Numbered from the stretch's first letter, positions 29,739-45,427 are shown. The stretch: DNA of 64,000 nucleotides from Octopus vulgaris (GCA_951406725.2 OX597822.1:61194001-61258000), one strand, 5' to 3'. Notes: generated by a model from the letters alone, not told the origin. A program made the numbers and translations.

Positions 29739-30769
29739 GGATCTTTTCAGTTTGAAGGCCAGATTTTCTAGTTAACTAAATAATTTGAAACTTCGTATAC
29801 TGGTAGAATGTGTCAAAAGAAAACATTAATTTCAACTAGTTTTTTTGACAAAAATGTATTTTATAAGTTTAAACGTAGTTTAAATCTGCGAATTTTAACC
29901 AATCGTATTGTCTGTTTTCATTTGAAATTATTAGCTGCATAGTGTTACTGTGACGTAGACAGCTATTTTGTGAGTGGGTAAGCAGTAAGCAAACAGCTGT
30001 GGTAGATGTGGTTATCATGGCAGTGGTGGTGGTGGTGTAGTGGTGACAGTGGATGTGTATGATGGCAGCAATTATAGTGTTGGTGTTTTTGTAGAGGTGG
30101 TGGTGGTGGTGGCGGCAGTGGATGATGATGATAATGATGATGATAGTAGTAGTAGCATTGATTATGTTAGGGTGTCTCATGGATGGTAGTGTTGGTGTGT
30201 GTGTGTGTGTATGCATGGATCAAGACAGTTTGATTCAAATTCTGTGTTACTTATATATTCATACATACATATACATGTAGATGTATATAACATATATATA
30301 TATTGTATGTAAACATCTTTTATATATATATAATGTATGCATCTATAATACACACACATTATAAATATATACACATATATGCATATGCATTAGAATATGT
30401 GTGCATATGTTTGTATACATGTGTGTGTAGCTATTTAGGATCTACACAAATTTTATATATACTCCACGAAGTTTACGATATAGCGGAGATGTTTACATTT
30501 TAGCTATTTATATGTTTACGTTAACTACGCCACAAAATAGCTGTTTACGTCACAGTAACAATATTTTGAGAGGCAGTAAATAATGAGGTCGAAAGAAAGA
30601 ATGCCATTGGTTAAAATTCGAATTATTAAACAACGTTAAACTTAGAAATTACAATTCCGTTTTCATTTTGGTTTACAATTATGTTTTCTTTTGACACATT
30701 CTACCAGTATACGAAGTTTCAAATTGTTTAGTTAACTAGGAAAATCTGGCCTTCAAACTGAAAAGATCC
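29739..30769. mobile_element. Foldback element with about 230-bp inverted arms in intron 1 of tubulin A
   Basis: GGATCTTTTCAGTTTGAAGGCCAGATTTTC...GAAACTTCGTATACTGGTAGAATGTGTCAAAAGAAAACAT...GTTACTGTGACGTA mirrored at about 30533-30769. Microsatellite-filled middle. Confidence 0.88.
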
Positions 30770-31154
30770 ATATAGGGATATATATATATATATAATAAAT
30801 AGATGAGTGTATTTTACCTTGTTAACAATTAACACGGAAAAATAAATAAATAGTTACCAGGGCAGCAAAACATATGTAGAAAGTAAAAATACTTGTTTAA
30901 ACCTGCGTTAACTCCATTTTTTATCTATCTATATATATATATATAATAAAAAAATAAATAAATGCGCCCTTTTAAAACCTAGCCAGGCTCATGGGCCCGG
31001 TTTCTATGGTGTATGTGTTCGCTAGCTGAGTGGACTGGAGGAACGTGAAATGAAGTGTTTTGCTCAAGAACACAACGCGTCGCCCGGTTCAGGAATTGAA
31101 ACCACAATCTTACGATCATGATGCTGACACCCTAACCACTAAGCCACGCGCCTC

Positions 31155-31185
<31 letters not shown>

Positions 31186-31207
31186 GTTATATAACAATAT
31201 AGTTTAG

Positions 31208-31558
<351 letters not shown>

Positions 31559-31561
31559 TAG

Positions 31562-32725
<1,164 letters not shown>

Positions 32726-35700
32726 AATCTTGCTCAATGATAAAATGTAACGATAAATGCAAAAATTAAATTATAAGACCCTTATATTGTTTTGTATGAC
32801 TTTTCATTAAATTATGCTGGTTCGTAATGTGGCAGAAACGTAATGGGAATGTACTCCTTGCTTAAATCAACGGCATTTGTCATGAAATCGGGTCAAAATT
32901 GAAAATGATTGAAATTGGTTAAGTCAACTTACATAGGGTTTAATGTAAAGTGCATGCATATACTGTTATTAATTTGTGAGCAAATTCGATCTAAAATATT
33001 TAAAATTTAGTTGCTCATCATACGAAGCTGGTTTACTGATCAGCTGAGATTTGATGCAAGGGAGACAACTGAAAAATTTCAACTGTAGGATGATGGTTAG
33101 TTTCCTGCTGAGTAAATCCTTGAGTATTTGTTGGTTCATAAAATGTTTCCAAAGGTGTTCTCATTGTCACAGTATGCAATGTATAGTTTTTAATAGCTAC
33201 ATAAAATCAATAAATGGTAGATTTTTTTCGTTAGTCCATAGTAAAGAGATAGTTACACTTAAATGTTTCATAATAGGAAGAAGTTGCCTGCAGGCTCTTT
33301 ACTTAGGTTATAAGCATCTGTAAATATTTGTAGGAAATTAAGAGAGGAATCTAGTGGGTTAAGCCTGGAGAAAAATTTGGGTAGCATGTCTAATGTTGAG
33401 TGAGGGGCCATTGTAATAGTGATAGGAATGGCACAGAAATGATAGTTTAAAACCCTATCACAAAAAAAAAATGGAGAAAAATGAACCATTTCCATAATAG
33501 GTCAAGGTTGTTGGGCAGTAAATGAGGAAAAACAAAAGTGAATGGTTTATTTTGGCTTCAGTCCACCTACATGGCATACTTATATAGATAAGCTTTTATA
33601 ATTTAACTCACAATTTACACATTCAAGTTGGTCACTAAGAATCTTTTGAGTGAAGACAATGCCAAGCATATGTGAAAGTCCATCATCATAGTTTTATCGT
33701 CCACTTGCTTGCATGTCAGATAGGATTAGCTGAGGTGGATTTTCTACCGCTTCATGGAAGAAAGGACGGTTTCAAGATGATGGCACTGATTTACAACTGT
33801 TAAAGTTGAGGTCAAGGAGCCAAATGTATATGCACATACACATTTGACTTTCAGTTTCTGCCTATCAAATCAAATCCATCTAAGGCTGTGGTGTTAGCGA
33901 TGCTATAGAAGACAACTAAGGTGTCTGCAGTAGGACAACTTAAAACTAGTTGGGAAACACTTCTAATGACGGTGATGCCTACTTATGTATAGATTAATCT
34001 TTCATACAATTGGTTTACGTTTTAATTTAGTAAATGAGTGTTTTGTGTGTGTACACTACGCATATGTTCATTGTAGAAATTGCAGAATTTAGGAAGGGAA
34101 GCCAATTTTTTGAAAACCCGAGTATTGCCGTGCATTTATGTAAATCTAGGTACTTTAAAAACTGCTTATGTTTAAAGTCATTCAATCGTCTGAACATCTT
34201 AGTCTCATTAGTCTATTATTACAAAAATCTTTCAATTATTTAATACACTTGTGAATTGTTGGCACGTTGCTTAAATTGATTTCAGTCTTATAAATCTGTT
34301 TTTCTTAACCTATGGTCAAGGGTAAAATTACAGTCCAAACCACATTCCAAGTTCCAAATGTTAGTTACCACTTACACCTTTGTCACTCTTTGTAAATATC
34401 CTTTCTGAGATTAGAAGAATTTTTGGACAGTAAGGGTTAGCTGTCTAGCATATGTGAATGCCTTGAGTAGAAAAGTGGAACCTATTTGATCTACAACAGG
34501 ATCTTACATCTCTTGTATTCTGACAATAATTCTGTTTGTACTCAAAATTTATGACAGTGTATAAATATGTAACATTTATTTAAATGCACCTGTCGCAGTT
34601 TGTCAAGTTTTGCACTTTTGTGGTTGCAAAGTGTGGTCAATAGGAAGTTAAATATTTGTTGCATGAGATGTCTTCATACAAATTTGGCCATTGCATAAGA
34701 AGTCAAGATTATTCATCTCAGGCCCTTGGGTGAACGATCTAAGACCATATTTGCAATGTGGTGTGTCACTATGTGACACTGCTTAGACAGTTGCTTACCC
34801 AAGGATATTATTACATGGTCATCTTGAGACAGAAAATTCTGCAAAAGATATCTCCATGAAGTATATGCTGGAATAATCATAGAACATAGCATCAAACCAT
34901 TTTCATTTCATTATGTGAGGGTGTGGATTAAAAAAAAAAATCAATTTCCAGCACTAACAAAACGGGAAAGACTTACATACTCCGGTCTTCATAGTCATCT
35001 TAAATGTTGTGTCAACATAAAGAAGGAAGAAATTTACATCATCTCTTAGGGTGACAGGCGATGACTGCAACAGTCTATGGCAGCCATTCAGGTTAAGTGA
35101 TTAAGGAAAAATTAGATAGTTTTTCCAAACACAGTACTTATATTTTTTACACAGTATAATACAATTAGGGTAGTCTATCCCAGAATCCACAGTGCCTTCA
35201 GCTATTTGTTCTGGTTTAGAGGTTCTGTGTGTAAATCCTGCCGAGGTGAACTTCTCTTCATTCTCCCTGAAGTCGATAAAGTATGAGTATTAGTACCAAT
35301 CAAATGCTGAGATGGATTTAATCAACTGTAAACAAGAAGCTGGCAGTTCTGTCTTGTCTTCAATTTTTGTTTTGCAAATACAACGCGTCAAACTGTATCA
35401 GCTGTTGCCTTTCCCTTGGGCAACATTAGTGGCATGGATAGGAAAGACATACTTGGGTAATTGCTGGTCTTGGCTTGCACCCCGGAGAAATATACATCAG
35501 TGTCTCTTCATTGTGCTTTACCAACAAGGACTGAAGCAAGATTTTCCAGAGGAAGATATCTAACGAATTATACAGAAGATATAAGAAAGGTGAAATTTGA
35601 CTACTATTTCTTGGAAGTTGACCTCATAGGTTCCTTTTCGCTCGTATTAAATGTGAAATGGCCGAGTGGTTAAGGTGTTTGTTTACCTGTGTCAGGTATT

Positions 35701-36199
35701 TTTCCTCGTAGGTAACTATTTTAGATTATCAAGGGTGGTATAGCCGACTTATTTGATATCTAGAGACACACCAATGTCAAGTCACAATTTTGGAAAATTT
35801 CCAAGAAGTAGAATATATTTACACAAGACACTGAGCGTAGTCGTCCAATGCTCTTCGTATAACTAACGACTTGCTGTTGAAAACAACGATTAAAGGATTC
35901 TACTAAGTGATCCCTCGGCTTGCTAGAAGTAGCAGCCAAATCTTATTCAAAGTACATCTTAGCGTCTTAGAGGAATGGACTTATTGATAAGGTTTTTCAA
36001 AGGACTTTCCATATGCTGCCGTAATAATGTCTGGGTACATTGCATAACGATTTTTTAAAAAATGGAAAAGCTCAAAAAACCAATTTTGGAGTAAAATAAT
36101 GTTGCTAAATTCGGAGTTATTTCCTCTTTGCAAAGACAACGGTCATGCTTTATTCATTTAACACTAACATTACTTTATAGATAGATAAATTATCTTCAA

Positions 36200-37500
36200 A
36201 TCCCAACCTACCGCCTTTAAATATGAAAGAACACTGAACGCTACTAGGACAACATTCTGTACCATATGCAATGACAACTGGTGTCTCACAGGGATCTGTT
36301 CTTGGTCTCCTGCTATATACATTAGTGAAACACGCCAACCTTGAAGCATGTTACTGCGTTAAAATATGCAGACAACATTAAACTATACTTAGAAATAAAT
36401 AGAACGGATCTTATACGCTATTAATCATACCTGCAATGTGACCAGAAGAGATTGCAGCAGGTTGGCTGCAGACATGTACTATTATACATTCGGGGAGAGT
36501 AAAAACCTGTGTTTTACCAACTCCCTCACAACACCAACCTTAAGAGGTCTGCTGGTGTCGTCTTCTTCTTCTTCTTCTTCTTCTTCTTCTTCTTCTTCTT
36601 CTTCTTCTTCTTCTTCTTCTTCTTCTTCTTCTTCTTCTTCTTCTTCTTCTTCTTCTTCTTCTTCTTCTTCTTCTTCTTCTTCTTCTTCTTCTTCACGCCA
36701 TTTGGCGCAAAGAATAATCTCTAATTCGAGCCTACTTTAAGCTAGGCTTAAATGCGTGTGGCAATTTGAAGATCCACCCACCACACGCGATAGACTGGCG
36801 GTTGCACGGGCACGAAAGCTACGTTGTTATCCTCATTCCGTAAACGGTGGCTTTTTAACGGGTGGAGTGCTGAACAATCCTGGGTACAGAGGATTCGCAA
36901 TCTAGACTAGGGTCTGAAAATTTACCACACCATAGTGGGTTACACCATGGTTCCTCTGCTTTGTGGCAGAAGTAGGAAGAAAGTTGTGGTGAAAGAGTGC
37001 AGCGGGGTTCACCACCCCTCTCCGCCGGAGCCTCGTGGAGCTTAGGTGTTTTTGCTCAATAAACACTCAATGCCCTGTCTAGGAATCGAAACCGCGTTCT
37101 TACGACCGCGAGTCCGCTGCTCTAACCATTGGACCATTGCGCCTCCACTCTGCTGGTGTACGTGACCTAGGCAATCATGATCTGCGTTGGACAAACTACG
37201 TTTCTAAAATCACTAAAAAGGCCGAAGGTATCTTGGCATCAATCAGGAGGACTTTTGTCAACCACTCATCAGTTATCTATTTAAAGCTATACATGGCTAT
37301 GGTACGCCCATACTTTGCATTTCCAGTCTAAAACCAGCATCTTGTCAGAATATCAATCTGCTGGAAACTCAAAGAGACAAGCAACAAGACGAATAGTCAC
37401 TGTCAGTCACTTATCACATCTGAACATGTTGCTTCTCTGTATATCAACGCACTAAACTTTCGAAACCTAGCGGCTGACTTGATAGAAACCAGCAAGATTA
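36200..37500 (+). pseudogene. Old CR1/L2-like RT relic interrupted by younger insertions
   Basis: Fragments TTGVSQGSVLGLLLY, KYADNIKLY, VRDLG and KKAEGILASIRRTF...LKLYMAMVRPY. Interrupted by a (TCT)n-tailed element (about 36560-36920) and a SINE (about 36970-37147). Confidence 0.7.
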
Positions 37501-37504
37501 TCCA

Positions 37505-37860
37505 TCACCACCACCACCACCACCACCACCACCACCATCGTTTAACGTCCGCTTTCCATGCTAGCATGGGTTGGACGATTTGACTGAGGACTGGCGAACC
37601 AGATGGCTGCACCAGGCTCCAATTAGATCTGGCAGAGTTTCTACAGCTGGGTGCCCTTCCTAACGCCAACCACTCCGAGAGTGTAGTGGGTGCTTTTACG
37701 TGCCACCGGCACGAGGGCCAGTCAGGCGATACTGGCAACGGCCACGAAAAAATCATGTTTTTTTACGTGTCACCTGCACACCGGCACAAGTGTCAGTAAG
37801 GCGACACTGGTAACGATCACGCTCGAATGGTGCTTTTTACGTGCTGCCGACACCTTGTCA
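37505..37860 (-). mobile_element. SINE or LINE 3' end with RTE-type tail and (TGG)n end
   Basis: Minus strand GGTTGGCGTTAGGAAGGGCACCCAGCTGTAGAAAC...CCAACCCATGCTAGCATGGAAAGCGGACGTTAAACGA(TGG)n. Degenerate relatives near 29575-29612 and 33690-33750. Confidence 0.65.
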
Positions 37861-38225
37861 AAAACAGCGTTGGTTACGTTTTTGAATTCAAAATCTCTCC
37901 TAATAATCAATATGAAATCAATATTAAAAAAAAAACAAAAAAAAAAAAAACAGCACAGCACCCAGTTTTCGGAAACATTTTTTGATACTCAGTATTGTTG
38001 TAGCATGGAATAAACTATCCCTGATCATTAAATGTCAGGACACTACTTTCTTCAAAAATTCCATACTTCTCAAAATTCGCTAACACTATTCCTGTTGTGC
38101 CAAGTAATCTTATATTTTATGGTTTTTAATGATTGATTGATTCTAGTTTCAGCTCATGAGCTGTGGCCATGCTGGGGCACGGTCACTTTTTTTTTTACTT
38201 ATTCTTTTTTAGTCTAGGCACAATG

Positions 38226-39098
38226 CCAGTGCGTAACTGGTGCTTAATTTCCCGAAAGTATGAAAGGCTAAGTCGACCTCGGCGGAATTTGGACTCAGAA
38301 CATAAACGAAATACCTATTTCTTTACTACCCACAAGGGGCTAAACATAGAGGGCACAAGCAAGGACAGACAAACGGATTAAGCCGATTATATCGACCTCA
38401 GTGCGTAACTAGTACTTATTTAATCGAGCCCGAAAGGATGAAAGGCAAAGTCGACCTCGGCGGAATTTGAACTCAGAACGTAGCGGCAGACGAAATACCT
38501 ATTTCTTTACTACCCACAAGGGGCTAAACACAGAGAGGACAAACAAGGACAGACAAACGGATTAAGTCGATTATATCGATCTCAGTGCGTAACTGGTACT
38601 TATTTAATCGACCTCAAAAGGATGAAAGGCAAAGTCGACCTCGGCGAAATTTGAACTCAGAACGCAGCGGCAGACGAAATACCTATTTCTTTACTACCCA
38701 CAAGGGGCTAAACATAGAGGGCACAAACAAGGACAGACAAACGGATTAAGCCGATTATATCGACCTCAGTGCGTAACTGGTACTTATTTAATCGACCTCA
38801 AAAGGATGAAAGGCAAAGTCGACCTCGGCGGAATTTGAACTCAGAACGTAGCGGCAGACGAAATACCTATTTCTTTACTACCCACAAGGGGCTAAACACA
38901 GAGAGGACAAACAAGGACAGACAAACGGATTAAGTCGATTATATCGATCTCAGTGCGTAACTGGTACTTATTTAATCGACCTCAAAAGGATGAAAGGCAA
39001 AGTCGATCTCGGCGGAATTTGAACTCAGAACGCAGCGGCAGACGAGATACCTATTTCTTTACATTTCGCTCGGCGTGCTAACGTTTCTGCCAGCTCGC
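38226..39098 (-). repeat. Tandem array of family-1 SINE bodies, 184-bp period (4 full units plus partials)
   Basis: TATTTCTTTAC recurs at 38316, 38500, 38684, 38868 and 39052. Only the last unit (5'-most on the minus strand) carries the A-box head. Confidence 0.92.
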
Positions 39099-40118
39099 TT
39101 TATTCTGTACTTATTGCTGTCTTCCTTTAGTTGGCTTATATGTCTGCTCTCTGTCCCACTCTTTAACCTTTTTCGACGAGTTACGCTGCACCTGACCATT
39201 GTAAACAATAAGCTCATAACTATATTATACAATTCATATTATATACACTTTTATATATTTCTAGTTCATATGTATTCCCGATCAGGATGTGTTCACTAAC
39301 CATCAGCACAATATAAGTTATCCCCCCTTCCCCACCTTTATAGACCAGTGGTTCTCAACCGAGGTCCATATAAGATTATATTAAAATTTATGTACAATAA
39401 GTTGGTTATACTCCTGCAATACATGAACTATCTGAGCAATTTTTTAATACAACCCCTTAAAATATATAAGCATAAAAATATAAGATTTTATTTTAAACAT
39501 CAATTGACCATGAGGGTTCACTCGAGTAAAATAGGAATCAAAGATATCCGTAGGTAGAAAATGGTTGAGAACGACCATTATAGACCTACAATAATGCTGC
39601 GAAGCAAATGCATTCCACTAGCTTTTGCCCTCCACTTTCGAATTTAGTCTCTACTAAGGTCAAGTTTATTTTCAAATAAAATACCAACAAAATTCTTGAA
39701 GCAACTCAGCTACTAGCTTCAAGCAATTCCTATTACTGGTTAGTGAAATAGCTTAAAGTCAAGAGGTTTTAAATTGAAATAAACAGTCATTCCAACTACT
39801 GGCCAACGTCACTGAAATAACCAAAATCTGATTTAAACAGAACAATCGCTTGTTTAAGCCTCCGGATAGTCTAGCTATGTTGGCGTTCCTGCTATGACCA
39901 TATCCCTTTTTTACGACAATAGTGCGATTTGACTGTAATTTCTAGCACGTCTAGTGACCACATAAGTTCCCTCTTTTTGTCGTGATTGAGCAGGCCCATG
40001 AGCATCTGAAAGAGTAAATAAATAATCAAAAGCTTTCCCACCACGACATCCCGTGAGTTTGTATATTATGGTCATTGAAGTCCTTTTGTTTCTTTCTTTA
40101 TTAAGAACCGTTGAATAC

Positions 40119-40180
<62 letters not shown>

Positions 40181-40669
40181 CATACATATATCATGAAATT
40201 AGCATTAGCTTATCTCACGCACACACACACACACACATATGATATTTACCACGTGAACTACGATGAAAAAAATATGAGAAAGATATGGTATATAATTTTT
40301 TGTGTGCAGGGGTTCCTTGAGACATGCAATCTATTTTAAGGGTTACGCAAGGGTAAAAAAAAATTGAGAAGCACCGCATTAAAGGATCAGCTAGCTAAGA
40401 AACATATGTAGCCTGTGTTTTACCCGTCCCACTCCCAAAGGAATTCCAACTCTGTCTGTTTTTTATGTTTTATTTATATTCTTTATAATATTAATGTAGA
40501 ATATAGAATATATAGTATAAATAGTATAAATAGTAAAATGAAATGAAGTATTCATTGTCTTATTGAATAGATGAAATATTGAATATCAAATATTAAGGGA
40601 CTAGTATACTTTCTTGGATTAAAGCAGTCTTCAAGGTCCCATGTTGTGACAGGAGTGTTTCAACTGCGT

Positions 40670-40703
<34 letters not shown>

Positions 40704-40733
40704 TGTATGTATGTATGTATGTATGTATGTATG

Positions 40734-40782
<49 letters not shown>

Positions 40783-41804
40783 TTACTACCCACAAGGGGC
40801 TAAACACAGAGGAGACAAACAAGGACAGACAAAGGGATTAAGTCGATTACAACGACCCCAGTGCGTAACTGGTACTTAATTTATCGACCCCGAAAGGATG
40901 AATATATATAATGTATAAACGGATACAGTTTTGGTCGTTGATACATTTATATGTCGGTAGGCCAACAATTTGTTCGCTCTGCAGAGCTGTGGCTCTACAT
41001 GATTTGTAACTATCAAAGAACTGAATAATAGTCAATGGTTCCTGCAAGTAATCTGTTGCATTTAGGAATTATACATTTAGTTTGTAGGCGGTGAATTGGT
41101 AGAGCCGTTAGAATGCAGGACGAACTGCTTTGTAGAATTTGTTCTGTCTTTTTGCCTTTAATCCTTTCAAGGATGGTGGGGTTAATAAATCAAGAGCAAA
41201 GGCAATGGATTAGCAGAATTACTGGAGTGATGGGCGAGAAGCTTTGCACAGTGGCATAGCGTTGAATGTGTCGATCGCACAGGATGGCAATTTTTATATA
41301 TATGTGTTTGTTGCTGTCGAAGGTATCTTATGTTTAATGAAGAGTGCAGCCAATTTGGTTATCGTACGAGGCGGTCAAAGCTTACGCTGCGTCACTGGCC
41401 TTGAGGCATTTGTTCTGGTTTCTTGAGTTCTTTGGTAGTAGACTTAATCCGTCAAGCGGTTTAATACCACCGTCTTGTCTTTGGATAGCTTTAGCAGAGT
41501 TTACTGTGTTACAAGTATTTGGGCTAAGTTTTCGATTTAAGAAATTTCTTTTTTCCTACAAGTCTCTTTCCACTCTGACTAAACAGTATAAAACATAAAA
41601 TTCTAACGCAAAGAGCCCTGTCCATCGAATTATATATACACGCAACTGTAAGATCAGGCGTCCGTAGTTGTGTGTTACGACATCATTCTAAGATTGACCA
41701 ATGTACCGTTAGCTTGCCGTACCGAGTTCAAATCCTGTTGATGGATATAGTTTAGTGAAGGATAATTGCCATCAAGTAAACTTACCGTTAGATCTACGCT
41801 ACAT

Positions 41805-42016
41805 GATCCTTTCTACTATAGGCACAAGGCCAGAAATTTTAGGGGAGGGGGCTAGTCGATGACAATGACCCCGTGCGTAACTGTTAGTTAATTTATCGAC
41901 CCCGAAAGGATGAAAGGCAAAGACGGCCTCGGTGGTATTTGAACTCAGAACGTAAAGACAGACGAAATGCCGCTAAGCATTTTGTCTGGTGTTCTAACGA
42001 TTCTGCCAGCTCACCG
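41805..42016 (-). mobile_element. Family-1 SINE, alternative-tail subfamily
   Basis: Same tRNA head and CCTTTCATCCTTTCGGGTCGATAAA core, with tail ...GGCCTTGTGCCTATAGTAGAAAGGAT. Further partial copies near 4690-4890, 40780-40901 and 58270-58360. Confidence 0.8.
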
Positions 42017-44427
42017 CTCTGATCTGCGCTACATAATAACGAATTCTTTAGTAGTACTCTTACGGCACACAATGTAATCGATGTCAGGACTTCCTGCAAT
42101 ATTAGAAATTAGTCTTCTGCACAAAATAACACACTAACTAATTTTGCCAACACAGACTGTCGCTAGTTTACTAACATTCTTGTATTTTGCTTTTTTTTTT
42201 TGATAAATAAACTGGAATTTGCCTCACAATAACTAGACGAAAAAACCGCCCAAAAAACAAAAACAAAATACAAATAAACAAAAAGACCAAATTTTATTCA
42301 AAAGATGTTTGTTGTGATTATATTGTTTAGATGCGTGCAATATTCTCCGCAATATCACAAATGGAAATTTTGATTCCTGAAATGTTCCTGTTATTTAATA
42401 GTACTTTACCCCCACTTTATTTTATTTGAATTTTTTTTTTTTTAAATGTTAAAAAACGAAAAAGAAAACCAATTTTTTTTATTGTGAAAACAATTTTCGT
42501 GTATACAGAGAAAAGGGTCATTATTTATTGAATATATTTGTATGTTTGATATAAGCATGGACATGACATAACGAGAAAGAAAAGCATGAGGTAAAAGAAA
42601 AAAAAAACCCCAAAAAACAAAAACAAGGAGCGAGTTCCTTGCGAGACTTGGCTTTATATCAAGTGACAAGTTTGCTTTGAAGGAGGAGTAAGGCGGGGGG
42701 AGCCTTTAATCAAATACGCTACCACACTTGCAGCACTCTCAACAGCTCATTCCCGTATTTATAACTTCGTACAAGTTAGTTAATTACGCATTGTTTAATT
42801 AGCGCTTTCCTGTTTATTTTATTTATCATATACTGCAGTGATTAAGTCGATGTTTCGAGCAAGAAAATCAAACAAAGCAAAAGCAGACGACAACATTCTG
42901 TAGCGGCCCAAAACTATGAAATCTAAAACTTTATCTCAGTTTAAGCAGGAATTTTGAGAGCCATGAATGGTTGAGTGGATTCTAGTCTGCGCTGTAGAAT
43001 TGCTTAACACATCTAGCTCTCAATAGGGTACTACCTTACATGATATAGTAAACCATAAAAAATATTACACTCATGATACACTTCAGTCTTAGAAATAGGG
43101 GAGGCAACTCCAAAATTTTTATTTAATGGAGTTTGAATCTGTTTGCCAGCATTCACTTTGTTATTAAGTGTTCATGCAACAAGTGACCTTCTTTCTTACC
43201 CAGACCCAAACATAAAAAAAAATCTCACAAATCATTTCTATCTATTTCGTCTTTGTATTTGCTTAGCAATATTACTGATGTGCAATCGTGTCTTGAAGCA
43301 TAAGTATCTTGGGAACGCCATTTTATCAATAAAACGCATACAGCACTAATATTTTGATTCTTTTATTATTACTTGCCAACTAGTTAACAAATTAAGTAAT
43401 TAACTAATCGATTGATTGTGGTTTCTCCTAGGGGAGAAGAATATTTCCGCTTAGCTGTAACTAGGAACAGCTCGCAGCTGTTGAGCTGCTACACTTCTAT
43501 AAAGTTCACATTTTCACTGGCTTCTAAATGTATTTTCGTGGTCGCTAGACCTATTAAGAATAGCAGTCAAATCCTCTTCGGGTCACACCCAACCGGCTTA
43601 AAAAGTGGTCTCATTGTAAAGTATATTTTACATCCAATGTTATCTGTAAAAAGATCATGGCTGAGATGCTCATGATTATATTTTCTCGATTAAGGTTAAC
43701 ACAGAACGAAACAATAACAATTTGTTGTATGGGTATAAATAGCACAAGGGTAGGATAATCTCAGTGAGATTAGCTAACCTGCCCTAGATATACAACATGA
43801 AGAAGTTTTAAATCTTAAGGCACCATGCATCTCATAGTAGTTTTCAGACTTGTCCTCCCTTTTTTAAGTCGGTAGGGTGCGGTATGAGGACGGTCTTGGT
43901 GACCATTTCCAACAGATCAAATGACCTCGCAGAGAATCACGCGTATTTTGTTGTTGTTTAGTTCTAAGTAAACCTTGATCAAGTGAAGTTATGACAAAAC
44001 AGAACCCTGATTATCTAATGCGTCCTTTCGTTTCCTAATACAATGTAGTGGGATTTGAGGAAAATTTGGCTGTTAGAGGTTCTCTCGAAGAGTTTGCTGT
44101 TGTTATTTTTTTAACTTCTGATCGAGTAGACATGATAAAAAAAAAACTGTTATAGAACATATCAAAATCTTCTATCAACTTTTTAACACGATAACTGGTC
44201 TAATAGATTTCTATTTATGAACATTTCCCTTTCTTTTTGAATATTGCTAATTATAACACTTTTTGAATATTGCTAAATATAACATTCATTTTCAAAACAA
44301 TGTTATTTTCTAAATATAGAGATTCTTTGTATTCTTTCCTTCAGTTTTCAATGCCTGAACTCGGAAAGATCTGTAACCTCATAGCTGTCAATATCGTTGT
44401 TTAGTATTGATTCTCTTGTCTCCAACT

Positions 44428-44467
<40 letters not shown>

Positions 44468-44474
44468 CAGTAGC

Positions 44475-44512
<38 letters not shown>

Positions 44513-44649
44513 CTATGTTTGTAGATATGGGCTTCGATTTTGAACGAGTTAATGAAGATTATTACCTTCACGGTTCAAAGGGCTGCCTTTCTGAAAGTCG
44601 ATATGGATAAGAGCCTGAACATTTTATGGCATACATACATACTCACACA

Positions 44650-45320
44650 ACTCTGTCATGTCACCATTGTAATAGCTGATCTATAATGACAGCTTCGCGA
44701 AGACAGCAGTGACATAACACTTCTGTTATAACATCCCTGTGATTGTAGTTTTGTTATGACAGCTTTGTAATATCAGCTTTTCAGTGATTGCTGAACGATG
44801 GAATCATTATGGTAACAGCTTTATGCTGACATTTATGAAATCAGAATTCTAACGCCATTTGTGATGACAGTGCTGTTAGTTATGACAACCCTGTCATGAC
44901 AGTGGCGGTATGATAGTCATGTGTTGGCACTTATTAGCACGGCAGCTCTGTCATGACAGCTATTAGTTATGACAACTCTGTCATGACAGTGAAAGCCGTG
45001 TGATAAGGCTTCTTAGTATGACGGTTCTGTAATGACAGTGCTGTTACATATGTCAACTCTGTGATAACAGAGCCGTCATGATAGCTATGTTATGACACTT
45101 TTACACGATAGCTCTTTGATATGAAAGCATTGTACTGCTACAGCTCAGTTGTGACAGTACAATGGCAAAGAAATGATGAATTCTCTGTGACGACAATTGG
45201 AAAATGATAGTCTTTGATGACGTTATTATGACAGAGCCTCATGCAGACATTTCTGAGTTTATAGCAGTATGATGACATTTCAATAGAAACAACTCCACAA
45301 TAACAGTTCTATGATGATAT
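44650..45320. repeat. Degenerate minisatellite built on (CTG)TCATGACAG / TATGACA units
   Basis: Repeated CTGTCATGACAG, TTATGACA and ATGACAGC/T at irregular 15-45 bp spacing, beginning about 100 bp past the stop codon of tubulin B. Confidence 0.75.
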
Positions 45321-45427
45321 GATGGAAATTCCATAAAAGTTATATTTGTCTAAAAAATAGTTTTTGTTGTTTTCACTTAAGTTAACAAAACCCCTCGACA
45401 GCACGATGCATGGCTTCTGGTGTTTAT

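Noticed and set aside
38226-39098. CRISPR-like regular repeat array
   Set aside because: Units are full-length near-identical SINE bodies with no unique spacers; eukaryotic context and no cas genes.
42761-42771. ATAACTTCGTA resembling a loxP arm
   Set aside because: Only 11 nt match and there is no second inverted arm; plausible by chance in AT-rich DNA.
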